Below, piece after piece: positions 38,101-46,805 of a DNA stretch of 58,262 bases. A program made the translations under genes and the position numbers. The stretch is from Chlamydiia bacterium (GTDB taxonomy: Bacteria; Chlamydiota; Chlamydiia; Chlamydiales; JBMOFD01). The notes under the pieces were generated by a model. It worked only from the letters and a program-made list of their open reading frames with translations, did not search any database and was not told where the DNA came from. The stretch is from NCBI GenBank assembly GCA_049314435.1, contig JBMOFD010000001.1, positions 1 to 58,262 of the forward strand, in the 5' to 3' direction. Position 1 is the stretch's first letter, and each line of letters begins with the position of its first letter.

Positions 38101-38709
38101 GGAGACCTGCTGGGCCACTTCCTTGTGGATGTCTTGGAGCCGCTCCAAGTGGGTGTGGTTCTCCTCGAGCTTGCGCAAGGTCTCCTTACGGCGCTCCTTG
38201 AAGCGGCTGATCCCGGCGATCTCTTCAAAAATGCCTCTACGCTCAGCAGGCGATGCCTGCAGGAGCTGGTCCACACGTCCCTGCTCAAAGACGCTGAATG
38301 CTTGGCGACCAAGACCAGAGTCCCAGAGAAGAGCTTGGATGTCTTTCAGACGCACAGGCTGGTCATTGAGCCTGAATTCAGAGTCGCCAGATCGGTACAC
38401 GCGTCTGGTGATGGAGAGCTCATCGTAAGCCACTGGGAGGATCCCCTGCACGTCGGCCAAGGTGACCGTGACTTCAGCAAATTGCATAGGCTTCTGCTTT
38501 TCGCTGCCTGCAAAGATGACGTCCTGCATCTTCTCGCCGCGGAGAGCACGGGCATTGGGTTCTCCGAGTACCCAGCGGAAAGCATCCACAAGGTTGGACT
38601 TCCCACATCCATTCGGCCCCACAATGGCCGTTAGGGCATCGGAGAAGCGTAAGACCGTCGTTTTTGCAAAGGACTTAAAACCCTGAATTTTGAGGGATAC
38701 GAGGCGCAT
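35197..38709 (-). CDS. smc: chromosome segregation protein SMC
   Basis: N-terminal head LKIQGFKSFAKTT...IVGPNGCGKSNLVDAFRWVLGE. Long Gln/Glu-rich coiled coils. C-terminal signature LSGGERSLTAMALLFA and Walker B FCLLDEMDAALD. Confidence 0.95.
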   Translation of the reverse strand: MRLVSLKIQGFKSFAKTTVLRFSDALTAIVGPNGCGKSNLVDAFRWVLGEPNARALRGEKMQDVIFAGSEKQKPMQFAEVTVTLADVQGILPVAYDELSITRRVYRSGDSEFRLNDQPVRLKDIQALLWDSGLGRQAFSVFEQGRVDQLLQASPAERRGIFEEIAGISRFKERRKETLRKLEENHTHLERLQDIHKEVAQQVSVLERQAAAARKFREQKDRADRLERGIFHYRYQTVLHKKLNLERQGAQLQDQLQGGAELQQQQQQELIQSQERVRQAQASWDAERLAQHQAEQKLEGLRASLRMLQRQREEGHQRQLRLKTDQERIEVRIEQWAHELVELQGMEVSIQEGDSAQHQLLKMVQESYREAQEHEQALRQQLEACWQEERQAVHLLQQLSVEVERQHTETQRLQDRAGQLQQRMEQQSEEREALRQQHREREKQLQETRAQVAAAKATLEACDREWTQLRQASEACVQEWQRLTSEQTSLQSQHQLVQQWVEEGQSLGQGAQALLQEAQRKGSPLHGKVSRLLDHVEVHPGTERLLASALGRANAALLCRDEEALRAAFAFARTQQLTDLVLYAPGAGELSDSCDALLGGQPLLAPLLQGLDLVESTRLLAASGWVATLDGWVRTPAGLVWCGAGSSGDPLLHQARLQALTLQLKTVNEQVGGAEERLRLARHAEADAEQRRQLADREVRRLDIRYVEGTMAEQQLRLRLEQMAQQEISFQQELGSLVSQREQRQKSVEEHRSQAAQQQELVQALGVKRESVQAAAEQGRSKYQAAQEQWHRIEQESQQGRLEQAQRLNRQQLLQVQQEESRQQIVMLGQRVQDEEQASQRAEKDAAATLEEMEKLQHQLVVVQQQAKEVARQLEQLREQAHQAEQVLVHGGQQLRHAQTQRQQIEQQTAALQETLTQLAHDYTQRFFEPLAEISAEVALQEGISHAEKEVRELRQQLEQAKDIHLGAIEELERVGERHRFLAQQLHDVTESEKQLQDELQSLEVASRKLFKDSFEEIRGHFQRNFSLLFEGGTADLKLTDGGDLLEAGIEIFAQPPGKHTKILQLLSGGERSLTAMALLFAMFETKPAPFCLLDEMDAALDDANVERFLRLLERYMHSTQFLLITHNKRTMAAADLLLGVSMQEKGVSTVLALDFAEAEPQLEMLDTVGV

Positions 38710-38866
38710 AGAGACTCCAAAGACGGCTCACGATGATGGGAATCCCTCCCACTGGAGTCAAGAGGATCTAGAACTGATGGTCTAGTTGAGCTGATCAATG
38801 GGGAAAATGATAGACTTGCTACTTGGATGCAGGGTGGAAGTCTCCACGCAGAGACGGTGAATTTTT

Positions 38867-39355
38867 ATGGAAACAGCAGTGTCGGTGCTTGATGTGGCAG
38901 CTTACATTTTGGGTAAGTTCCAGGGTATGGGTAAGCCGGTGACCGCCATGAAGCTACAGAAGCTGGTCTATTACTCTCAGGCCTGGTCGCTGGTGTGGGA
39001 TGAAACTCCGCTGTTCTCTGAGAGAATCTTTGCCTGGGCAAATGGTCCTGTAGTTCCGGCCCTATACGAGAAGCACAGAGGAGAGTTTCATCTGACCTGC
39101 ATCTCCGGCGGGAATAGCGAACGATTGTCAACCAATCAGCAAGATACCGTAGATCAGGTCCTGGAGACCTATGGGGATAGGACGGCTCAATGGCTTAGCG
39201 ATCTAAGTCATCTAGAGCTGCCCTGGAAACAGGCCCGAGGGAATTTAAGTGACGGCGAGCGCGGGGAACAGGAAATTTCGCTTGCCTCCATGGAAGAGTA
39301 CTACGCCGGACTCATGCCCGACGATGGTCTAGATAGCGTTGCGACTACGGTTTGA
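38867..39355 (+). CDS. Panacea-domain (DUF4065, SocA/GepA-like) protein, putative antitoxin
   Basis: LDVAAYILGKF...MKLQKLVYYSQAWSLVWDETPLF...WANGPVVPALY is the typical DUF4065 N-terminal pattern. Confidence 0.75.
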   Translation: METAVSVLDVAAYILGKFQGMGKPVTAMKLQKLVYYSQAWSLVWDETPLFSERIFAWANGPVVPALYEKHRGEFHLTCISGGNSERLSTNQQDTVDQVLETYGDRTAQWLSDLSHLELPWKQARGNLSDGERGEQEISLASMEEYYAGLMPDDGLDSVATTV

Positions 39356-39370
39356 TCCCGAGTTCGCACC

Positions 39371-39825
39371 ATGGGTAAACCTCTCGGAAATGTTGCCAGC
39401 AAGAACCCTCAAGTTCCCTTTGAGCCTGGAGGCGGTAAGCAACCGCGCATTCAGGAACGACCGGCAGATGAGACAAATAAGCCGATTTTCGACTTCTCCT
39501 CGATGGACCTGGGTGGACCATTCGGCTGGGACAAATTAGAGCCTGTCCATCTGCCGTGGGTCTTCACCATGCTGTTTGAGTGCAACGTAAGACATGGCAA
39601 GAGCTACGAGACCAAAAGTCTCACTCTCCGCAGGGATCTGGGCTGTCCCGTGATGCTCACAGGAGACTGGCCGCTCTGGAACTCGACGACTGTGCCGACA
39701 GCCTGTTTTCTCTGAGAATCACGAAACAGCAAAGAGTGTGGGGGATCAAGGCAAACGCCATCCTCCATATATTGTGGTGGGATCCCTATCACCTGGTCTA
39801 TCCAACCAATCGCACGAACAACTGA
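39371..39825 (+). pseudogene. frameshifted partner gene of the Panacea protein (putative toxin remnant)
   Basis: The reading frame from ATG 39371 (16 nt after the Panacea stop) must switch frame near 39583..39592 to continue into TWQELRDQKSHS...LFSLRITKQQRVWGIKANAILHILWWDPYHLVYP. I recognise that C-terminus as a recurrent small-protein family from TA-like gene pairs, but cannot name it. The two halves are ORFs 39371..39715 and 39580..39825. Confidence 0.5.
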
Positions 39826-39837
39826 GAAGCCTCAGCG

Positions 39838-39874
39838 GCGCACACAACCTATCAAAATGATAGGTTTTGTGCGC
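39838..39874. terminator. long imperfect hairpin in the convergent junction
   Basis: GCGCACACAACCTATC-AAAAT-GATAGGTTTTGTGCGC: 16-bp stem with one mismatch. Confidence 0.5.
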
Positions 39875-39934
39875 AACACCGATGGCAATTTCTCAGGCCG
39901 GCATAGGCCCTATCGTTGTTGTAGGACGAACGGC

Positions 39935-39970
39935 AAAGAAAAAAGGCAAACGACCTCACGGCCATTTGCC
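39935..39970 (-). terminator. rho-independent terminator downstream of clpP
   Basis: Minus strand reads GGCAAATGGCCGTGAGGTCGTTTGCC followed by TTTTTTCTTT, 30 nt after the clpP stop. Confidence 0.65.
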
Positions 39971-39999
39971 CCTCACATACGGACTCACATCACTGCGGA

Positions 40000-40602
40000 T
40001 TAGCCGCCTAGTTGCGCGTAGGAGTTGACGACCCCGTCTAGGAGACCGAAGTCCAGCGCTTCCTGCGCACTCATCCAGGTATCGCGATCGATCGCACGAT
40101 CGATCGTCTCAAAATCCTTCCCAGTGGCCTTGACGTAGAGATCCACGAGGAGCTTACGCGTCTTCAAGATCTCTTTCGCCTGGATCTCCAAGTCCGTAGC
40201 TTGTCCTTGGATCACTCCGTGGATACTAGGTTGGTGGATCATGATGCGAGCATAGGGCGTCGCAAAACGACGACCTGGTGCTGCTGCTAGTGAGAGGATC
40301 GATCCCATGGAGGCGGCAAGACCAGTCACCACAGTCGTCACCGGAGAGGTGATCATCTTGATCTGATCCCACAGTGCCAGCCCTGCATCCACAGACCCGC
40401 CGGGGCTATTGATGATCAGGGTAATGGGCTTACCAGGATCTATCGACTCCATGTACCAGAGCCGGCGGATCGCTTCAGCGACCGACTCGCTGCTCACGGC
40501 ATCCGAAAAGAAGAGCCGACGAGCCTTGATCATCGCCCAGTCGATCTCATCGTCGAGCTGCTTGGGCTTCTGGGGGGCATTCTCTTCTGCCATCATGAAC
40601 AT
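40000..40602 (-). CDS. clpP: ATP-dependent Clp protease proteolytic subunit
   Basis: [18 protein letters not shown]...[17 protein letters not shown]...IMIHQP carries the catalytic Ser and His contexts. The start overlaps the glyA stop. Confidence 0.95.
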   Translation of the reverse strand: MFMMAEENAPQKPKQLDDEIDWAMIKARRLFFSDAVSSESVAEAIRRLWYMESIDPGKPITLIINSPGGSVDAGLALWDQIKMITSPVTTVVTGLAASMGSILSLAAAPGRRFATPYARIMIHQPSIHGVIQGQATDLEIQAKEILKTRKLLVDLYVKATGKDFETIDRAIDRDTWMSAQEALDFGLLDGVVNSYAQLGG

Positions 40603-42095
40603 ACGGATATGGCCTCACTTAAAGGAATCTCAGGATAAAGGGGAAAACGATGCATCAGATCCAGCACACGAGCTCGGACCGCTTGGCATGCCGCCTGCGG
40701 CACACGCACAGCAGCCTTCTGCGGAGCCTCGTCGGGCTTGGGCTTCTTCTCAGCCGCACGTAGGACCGTCACGATCAGCTCGGCAAGCTCGCCCATCTCA
40801 GTCGTGCCCATACCCAACGTAGTCACCGCAGGAGTGCCCATGCGGATCCCAGAACCATGAAGTGGCCCCATCGGATCGGAAGGGATGCTATTGCGATTGA
40901 CAGTCAGACCACACTCGCGCAGCGCCATCTCGGCTTGCCGACCTGTTAGCCCGAATGAGTTCGCTACCTGCATCATCACGAGATGGTTGTCAGTCCCACC
41001 TGTCACAAGCTCAACGCCGTGACTCCGCAGGGACTCCGCCAATGCGCGAGCATTCTCTAGAATCTTGGCTGCGTAATCCTTGAATGAGGGCCTTAGAGCC
41101 TCTTCAAAGGCCACAGCTTTAGCAGCCATCACTTGAGGCAAAGGACCACCCAGAACTAGAGGACATCCCCGGTCGATCGTCTCTTTCCATGCACTCTTAC
41201 ACAGGATCAGGCCACCACGAGGACCTCTCAAGGTCTTATGCGTTGTCGAAGTGATGATGTCGGCATAAGGTATGGGGTTCTCTTCCCCATGGAAGACGCC
41301 CCCTGCCACAAGCCCTGCAAAGTGCGCCATGTCTACGAGGAGTGTAGCGCCCACCATATCGGCGATTTCACGCATCTTCGCGAAGTTCAGCCGACGTGGA
41401 TAGCTCGAGTACCCCGCGATCAGCAGAAGAGGCTTCTCACGAAGAACATGCTCACGAAGACGGTCATAGTCTAGCCACCCTGTCGTCGGATCGACTCCAT
41501 AGGAGACCGACCGCATCATCTTGCTGCTAAAACTGTGTCGGTAGCCGTGCGTCAGATGCCCACCCGAATCAAGGGCCATGCCCATCATCGTCTGCTGCAT
41601 CATCTTCATGCGCACCGACTCGTACTCTTCGGGAGTCAGGGCATCGACCGACTTCTTACCCAGGCGCTCGATCTCGGGCTGCTGAATCCGTTGGATCAGT
41701 ACGCTCCAGTAGGCCACCATATTGGCGTCGGCCCCGCTGTGGGGCTGCACATAGGCGTGCTCACACTGAAAGAGCTGCTTCGCCAAGCTGACCGCACGGC
41801 CCTCTAGCTGATCCACCTGCTCGCAACCGGCATAGAATCGCTTGCCTACTACGCCTTCGGCGTATTTGTCGGTAAGCCAATTCCCCATGGAGAGCATCAC
41901 TGGCATGGAACAGAAGTTCTCGCTGGCAATGAGCTTCACATGAGTGCGCTGAGCGATCAACTCATCGATGATCGCACGAGCTACCTCTGGGGAGGTCTCA
42001 GCAATCACATCCAACCCGGCCAAAGAGGCAATGGCCGCACGGCTACGCTCTCCTGGTGGGGTGTTGTTTAAGTAGGCGTCTAGAAGGGAGGGCAC
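40593..42095 (-). CDS. glyA: serine hydroxymethyltransferase
   Basis: [27 protein letters not shown] and the PLP-lysine motif [16 protein letters not shown] place the start at the in-frame GTG at 42095 ([11 protein letters not shown]). The tracked 645-aa ORF has no internal Met in that stretch and its extension overlaps the upstream kinase gene. This gives about 500 aa, typical for GlyA. Confidence 0.92.
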   Translation of the reverse strand: MPSLLDAYLNNTPPGERSRAAIASLAGLDVIAETSPEVARAIIDELIAQRTHVKLIASENFCSMPVMLSMGNWLTDKYAEGVVGKRFYAGCEQVDQLEGRAVSLAKQLFQCEHAYVQPHSGADANMVAYWSVLIQRIQQPEIERLGKKSVDALTPEEYESVRMKMMQQTMMGMALDSGGHLTHGYRHSFSSKMMRSVSYGVDPTTGWLDYDRLREHVLREKPLLLIAGYSSYPRRLNFAKMREIADMVGATLLVDMAHFAGLVAGGVFHGEENPIPYADIITSTTHKTLRGPRGGLILCKSAWKETIDRGCPLVLGGPLPQVMAAKAVAFEEALRPSFKDYAAKILENARALAESLRSHGVELVTGGTDNHLVMMQVANSFGLTGRQAEMALRECGLTVNRNSIPSDPMGPLHGSGIRMGTPAVTTLGMGTTEMGELAELIVTVLRAAEKKPKPDEAPQKAAVRVPQAACQAVRARVLDLMHRFPLYPEIPLSEAISVCS

Positions 42096-42169
42096 GGGGA
42101 AGGCAGGACCTCTGGGGTTCAAAAGGGTTATTCTGCCAGACGCTCCCAATCCAGGCGAGTCTCCTTCAG

Positions 42170-42220
42170 CGGGGCGTTGCCCCGCGCCCCACTGGAGGAC
42201 GCTGTGCTCCAGACCTCCTA
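42170..42220. repeat. REP-like intergenic element, copy D (degenerate)
   Basis: GGGGCGTTGCCCCGC hairpin, then CTGGAGGACGCTGTGCTCCAGACCTCCT. Same orientation and same AGACCTCCT tail as copies A-C. Lies between the kinase gene and glyA. Confidence 0.5.
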
Positions 42221-43318
42221 TCTGAGAGGAAGATCTCGAAAAATCACCTGCTCCGCTAGCCACTTGGCAAAGCCCGAACGAGTGAGCGACTCCCCCGTCA
42301 TCACGTAGGAGCTTGCATAGGCGCAGGCTAGGCCTAATAGGGCCTCTCCCTGCAAGCCATAGGCTAGACCAGCCAAAAGCCCGGCATTGAAGTGATCTCC
42401 CGCTCCAGTCAACGTCATGGGGCTGCCGAGATCTGGGACTGCCATAGACAGAGTCGTCCCCTGGGTCTGAAGAACTGTACCCCTGCGGCTGTGTAGAACG
42501 AGATGCGCATGAGGAAGCACCTTCGCACACTGCGTACTGAGCTCTTCCAAGTTAGCTTCACTGCGCGGGCTTCCCGCTAGGCTAGCCACGGCCATCGCTT
42601 CCTTCCGATTGAGGCCCACCCACAAAGGACCGGGCCACTCTTTCAGTAGACGAACCGCCTGTTCTAGTGCCTTAAGACCACGCCGACTCGGATCGGCCAG
42701 ATCGATGAACATCGGACACAAAGGTGGTTTGAGATCTCTCAGATGCGCCCAAAGGTCTTCCATCCATGGCGTCATCGTCCAGTTCACCCAAGCCATTAGA
42801 GACACCTGGTCTAGGAGTGTAGCCCAGGTAGCGGTCTGCAGGCGCTGATTCACCTCGGGCAGGGTGAGGGTGGCCAACTCTCTCGGCTCACCCAACATGA
42901 TCTTCCCGTTGGTGAACTCGAGAGCCAAGGTACTCCCTGGATCGCCTATGGTGTGTAGATCGATGGGTAGACCAGCAAGGGAAGAAGCCAGCATGGGCAC
43001 AGACTGAGGCCACCCCAAGGTGCTGACGAGTGTCGTGGGAAGCCCTAGCTTGGCCGCTCCTCTAGCAAGGAGAGGGGCATTGCCGCCAAGACGCTCTTCA
43101 CGCACCTGGAGGCCATAACCAGAGGAGTGATCCGGGCTGACCGAACCAAGGAAGTCACGTATGGTCTCGTAGCAAATGGGAGGAGTCCCCTCTCGCTCGA
43201 CCACCCTGACCACGCGGTCGATGAATCCATCGCAACCAACCAGGAGACGGCCCTGAGGTGCCGCTTCTAGAACTTTAAGAACCCTATCTACCCAGGGAAT
43301 TGAGGACGAATCGTGCAC
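42218..43318 (-). CDS. PfkB/ribokinase-superfamily sugar kinase
   Basis: C-terminal signature LTGAGDHFNAGLLAGL plus GGNAPLLARGAAKLG near the N-terminus. Substrate unknown. Confidence 0.7.
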   Translation of the reverse strand: MHDSSSIPWVDRVLKVLEAAPQGRLLVGCDGFIDRVVRVVEREGTPPICYETIRDFLGSVSPDHSSGYGLQVREERLGGNAPLLARGAAKLGLPTTLVSTLGWPQSVPMLASSLAGLPIDLHTIGDPGSTLALEFTNGKIMLGEPRELATLTLPEVNQRLQTATWATLLDQVSLMAWVNWTMTPWMEDLWAHLRDLKPPLCPMFIDLADPSRRGLKALEQAVRLLKEWPGPLWVGLNRKEAMAVASLAGSPRSEANLEELSTQCAKVLPHAHLVLHSRRGTVLQTQGTTLSMAVPDLGSPMTLTGAGDHFNAGLLAGLAYGLQGEALLGLACAYASSYVMTGESLTRSGFAKWLAEQVIFRDLPLR

Positions 43319-43581
43319 GTCTCTCCATGGAAGAGGCGGTGGTTTGGGCCCTCTTCATATGTTTGATCATTGATCAGGACTTTGAACTCACAATCTGTGG
43401 GAACGGTCGCTCTAGTTTCCCAAACCCAGGTCCCCAGGCCACGCTGCTTCATCGAAGCACCCTCTCCCCATTGAAGACCTGCACCCTGACCACGCAGAGT
43501 GAGCTTCTGGCCAGGCGCCAGCTGCACCTGCGCTACCACACGAGTCCGCGAGGCTCCGGTCAGCCAATTCCAAAGACCCAT
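43288..43581 (-). CDS. small beta-sandwich protein resembling a starch/glycogen-binding module (CBM20-like)
   Basis: GQKLTLRGQGAGLQWGEG...LGTWVWE...CEFKVLINDQTYEEGPNHRL resembles the G..LGxW...W...EFK....WE.G.N pattern. Overlaps the kinase start by 31 nt. Confidence 0.4.
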   Translation of the reverse strand: MGLWNWLTGASRTRVVAQVQLAPGQKLTLRGQGAGLQWGEGASMKQRGLGTWVWETRATVPTDCEFKVLINDQTYEEGPNHRLFHGETCTIRPQFPG

Positions 43582-43749
43582 ATCGATACTTCCTCATCTT
43601 CCATGCAAGAGCTCCGACCCATGGTCAGACTCTTCGTTGATTTCATCAAACCGAGCAGCACCATTACTCAGCAAGGACTAACTTGCCAAAAGAGCATCTC
43701 TAATGCCTCTCGATGCAGTAGGGAGAGCCGCCGCGCGCGACCATACGAC

Positions 43750-44250
43750 TCATGCTGGCTGCAAACCCTTCACGATGGCCACCAGCCGAGCAGACCAATC
43801 AGCCACCAAACGGCTGCCCTGGATGGCGTTCAACGGCACAGGATTGGACTGCGCTGACTGAGAGTCATCCCTCGAGAGCAGCATAGGAGACGCTCCGCTT
43901 ACGTCGTGGCCGGCCGACCATTCTGATGGCGAGGCTTGTTCCAGATATCCTGAGACCAGAGCCGCACTCGCATCCAGACTCCCATCCAGACTCTCATCGA
44001 CGCCAGATAGAGCCAACAGCGACTTGTCCGATGGCTTCGGATGCGGAGTCATGAACCTCGAGACACCCCCATCACCACAGCTGGAACAGCTGCACGATGA
44101 CACCAGCACACGTGTGCTGGAGGGAAACTCCAAACTGAGAGATCTCACCACCCTGCAAGATCTCTCCCGAAGCGACTGTTTAGCAAGGTTCGGTAGATCT
44201 TGGCATGAAGGAGCGCGCGTATGCACCTCAGGGGCACGTGTGATCGACAC
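43750..44250 (-). CDS. hypothetical Ser-rich protein (weak call)
   Basis: 166-aa ORF placed 7 nt downstream of the gcvH stop on the same strand. No motif. Competing plus-strand ORFs overlap it. Confidence 0.3.
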   Translation of the reverse strand: MSITRAPEVHTRAPSCQDLPNLAKQSLRERSCRVVRSLSLEFPSSTRVLVSSCSCSSCGDGGVSRFMTPHPKPSDKSLLALSGVDESLDGSLDASAALVSGYLEQASPSEWSAGHDVSGASPMLLSRDDSQSAQSNPVPLNAIQGSRLVADWSARLVAIVKGLQPA

Positions 44251-44256
44251 CTGTCC

Positions 44257-44607
44257 TCAAGAGCTCAACGCTAAAGACCGCCAGCTGGACAATGGCACAG
44301 GCTCTTTGAAGCGCACCTTGAGCAGCCAGGCAATCCCCTCTGGATCCTGCTGTAGCAGCGTCGGTGAAGCCATCACCTGAGGGTTGACCTCCAAGACCAC
44401 GCAGGCGGCGGGCGCCAGAAGATCCACCGCTGCCTTGAGGCTCTCAAGAACGATCATCTCCTGCCCAGCCTGTAGCTGATCGCCTACCTGAACCGTTCCG
44501 ACATAGACGATCTCTCCCAGTTCGAGCTGAGCGGCTTTGGTGAGACCAAAGGTCCCCTCGTCGCCTTGCAGCTCGATCCATTCCTGAGTCTCTGTGACAT
44601 AGCGCAT
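44257..44607 (-). CDS. gcvH: glycine cleavage system H / lipoyl-carrier protein
   Basis: EWIELQGDEGTFGLTKAAQLELGEIVYV...GQEMIVLESLKAAVDLLAPA carries the lipoyl-lysine context ES(L/V)KA. The start at ATG 44607 lies 7 nt after the upstream gene's stop. Confidence 0.85.
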   Translation of the reverse strand: MRYVTETQEWIELQGDEGTFGLTKAAQLELGEIVYVGTVQVGDQLQAGQEMIVLESLKAAVDLLAPAACVVLEVNPQVMASPTLLQQDPEGIAWLLKVRFKEPVPLSSWRSLALSS

Positions 44608-44614
44608 GAGAAGC

Positions 44615-46798
44615 CTAGGATGTAGGGGCCGCAGGGACTGCGGCCTCTTCATGCAGCAATTCTCTTGCCAGACCCAATTTGGTCTTGGTGAGGAGAGACT
44701 GCACACTGGGGTGATCCACCTTCAACGTGGTGGCGATCTGCTCACGTTCCAGCACCTGCACACGCTGCACAACACCCTGAACCAACTGAGGTAGAGACCA
44801 CTCCCCTTCTGCTAGCTGGAACGCCATATGTTGAGGATTCTGCTCCCTTAGGATCTCCTCGTCTTTCGACTGAGGGCTGAACTGCGAAGCGAGGAACTCC
44901 TGTTCAGGAGGCGTCATGAGCGCCGCTGCCAGGCGATACCGCACCAGATCATCGATCTCGGTGGGCACTTCACTCATCTGACGACTTAAGTATTCACGAG
45001 TGCCATCGCAGACCTTCTGGATGCGGCGCTGCACCAGAACGGGTCGCACGTCCTGATAAAGACGAGCTGTGCGTTCCTTGAAGAGGTCGGGATCCCCCTG
45101 CACCTGCAGAGTCTTGTAGTCCTCGCGCAGACGTCGATCGGCATAGATGGCCAAACCACCCTGACGACGAGCCACCTCAAAGGTCACCACATGAGGAGCT
45201 CCTCGAGCCTCACAGCCCTCCACGCGATAGACCCACCGCTGACCAGCAACCGATGTGCTCGGCACACCCTGGTCGATCCAACCAAGCACCTGGTCCGCCT
45301 GAGGGAAATCAGGAAGAGCGGTCGCTAACGCCGCCTTGCAGAGTTCCCAATCAAACTCCTCCGTCTTCGCTTCGGCTAAAGCTTCTTCGATGAGTTCAGA
45401 GTGTTCCTTCAGCCATGCCTCCCGAGCAAGCTGATCGGCTTGCTGCGAGCCAGCAGCGACAAGCTCCTCTAGAAGAGGAGCTCGCTGTGCAGGATCGACC
45501 CCCTCCTGACCAGCCAATGCACGCACACGTGCACAAAGAAGGGGCCAGCCCTCTTCACTCAACTGCCACAAGACCATCTCGTGCATCGGAAACTGCGTTG
45601 CCACCTGATGGCGATCGACCCGGCGTAACGTCAGATGAACGGGCTGAGCGACCAGCTCCGGCGCCCTGCGCTGGACCTGCTCGACAGTTAGCAGCTCAGA
45701 CGGCAGCTGGAAAGGTTCTTCACGCTTACGCCCAATCGCCTCAAAATAGGCCTCCAGCTGCCAGAGATCCTCTGCTGACTGCAGTGCAACCGGAGCCGAT
45801 CGCACCTGCACATGAGCCTTCTCGGAAGCTTGTTCTAGAGCTACCATCACGGCATCACGCAAGGAGCGATCCTGCTCTACGGACTTCTGTAGATGCTGCT
45901 GCATCCATGCTTCAAAGAGCATGACCTGCTGCCAGGCCTCGACCGCCTTGCCTTCTGGTATGCCCAAGGAGCCGATCACATGATGCAGCGCCTCACGGGG
46001 TTCGATCCCCTGTGCAGAGAGCGGAGCCAAAGCGTGCAACCAGGTCTGTCGCACCTCAACAGGTGTGACAGAGAGCCCTTCACGGGTAGCCTGATGGGCG
46101 CCCTCAAGAACGAGGCGGACGCACCCTTCCACGAACTGAGCACCATACCAGTCTTCGAGACTGCGGTGACCAAACAGCCGCAGATCGATACGCTCGAGGG
46201 CTTCATCATGAGGTACACCCGCTTGTCTCTCCATGTAGGCTAGCATCTGCTGTGTGAGCGCAGATGGCACCTTACGGGCCGCCTGCAGCATGCTGCGCTG
46301 ATGCTGGAGGAATCCCTCTCCATCAAGTGGGGACTCTTCCGCAATCAGGGTGGGCAGTTCTGGAGCAAAGGTTCCCCATACCGCTTTGACACCCACCGAC
46401 TTTTGCCTGGGATGCTGATAGGGCCGGTACTGACGCTGCCGCTCAGCGATCTTTTGCCACTCCTGAGAAAGATCCCCTGAAGCTTTTGCGAGCACGGCAG
46501 GAGCTAACCCACCACCAATGATCTCCTCGCTGATCACACCCGTGTTCACCAGGTTAGGCATTCCATGGTGTCCTCGGCCACTCTCTGTAGAGGCCTCTGC
46601 CGCGAGCATGCGGCGAACGGCTTCTTTAAGAGAGGACCTCACAGGAGTTCCATCGGCCAAAACAAAGACGATCGGATCCTCAGAGGAGGGATCGCCTATG
46701 ATCTGGTTATAGACCCCATAAAAGGAGAAGGAGAAGGCAGTCACCACTGCGATCGTCCCCATGAAAAATTTCTGATGGCGCTTGAAGAATCGAAACAT
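44615..46798 (-). CDS. membrane-anchored periplasmic protein, PpiD/SurA-chaperone-like (no clear PPIase motif seen)
   Basis: N-terminal MFRFFKRHQKFFMGTIAVVTAFSFSFYGVY anchor followed by a long soluble region, which is PpiD-like topology. I prefer the ATG at 46798, 8 nt after the proS stop. Confidence 0.45.
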   Translation of the reverse strand: MFRFFKRHQKFFMGTIAVVTAFSFSFYGVYNQIIGDPSSEDPIVFVLADGTPVRSSLKEAVRRMLAAEASTESGRGHHGMPNLVNTGVISEEIIGGGLAPAVLAKASGDLSQEWQKIAERQRQYRPYQHPRQKSVGVKAVWGTFAPELPTLIAEESPLDGEGFLQHQRSMLQAARKVPSALTQQMLAYMERQAGVPHDEALERIDLRLFGHRSLEDWYGAQFVEGCVRLVLEGAHQATREGLSVTPVEVRQTWLHALAPLSAQGIEPREALHHVIGSLGIPEGKAVEAWQQVMLFEAWMQQHLQKSVEQDRSLRDAVMVALEQASEKAHVQVRSAPVALQSAEDLWQLEAYFEAIGRKREEPFQLPSELLTVEQVQRRAPELVAQPVHLTLRRVDRHQVATQFPMHEMVLWQLSEEGWPLLCARVRALAGQEGVDPAQRAPLLEELVAAGSQQADQLAREAWLKEHSELIEEALAEAKTEEFDWELCKAALATALPDFPQADQVLGWIDQGVPSTSVAGQRWVYRVEGCEARGAPHVVTFEVARRQGGLAIYADRRLREDYKTLQVQGDPDLFKERTARLYQDVRPVLVQRRIQKVCDGTREYLSRQMSEVPTEIDDLVRYRLAAALMTPPEQEFLASQFSPQSKDEEILREQNPQHMAFQLAEGEWSLPQLVQGVVQRVQVLEREQIATTLKVDHPSVQSLLTKTKLGLARELLHEEAAVPAAPTS

Positions 46799-46805
46799 CG
46801 CGGTC

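Noticed and set aside
36340-38634. Long plus-strand ORFs antisense to smc (36340..36846, 37341..37748, 37993..38634), and similar antisense ORFs inside other large genes (for example 2571..3053, 11618..12208, 24295..24882, 45415..45924 and 43300..43857)
   Set aside because: These are shadow ORFs typical of GC-rich coding DNA. They are low-complexity or Leu/Arg/Ser/Pro-rich, carry no motifs, and each is fully contained in a gene with strong family evidence or an uninterrupted multi-kb frame.
39339-39539. ORF 39339..39539(+) overlapping the Panacea gene's stop
   Set aside because: It is in a different frame from the family-like sequence. The frame starting at 39371 carries the conserved N-terminal pattern of the partner protein.
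42096-42530. N-terminal 145-aa extension of the glyA ORF (tracked as 645 aa)
   Set aside because: The extension overlaps the 3' end of the PfkB kinase gene and the REP-like element and has no SHMT similarity. An in-frame GTG at 42095 gives a normal-length GlyA.
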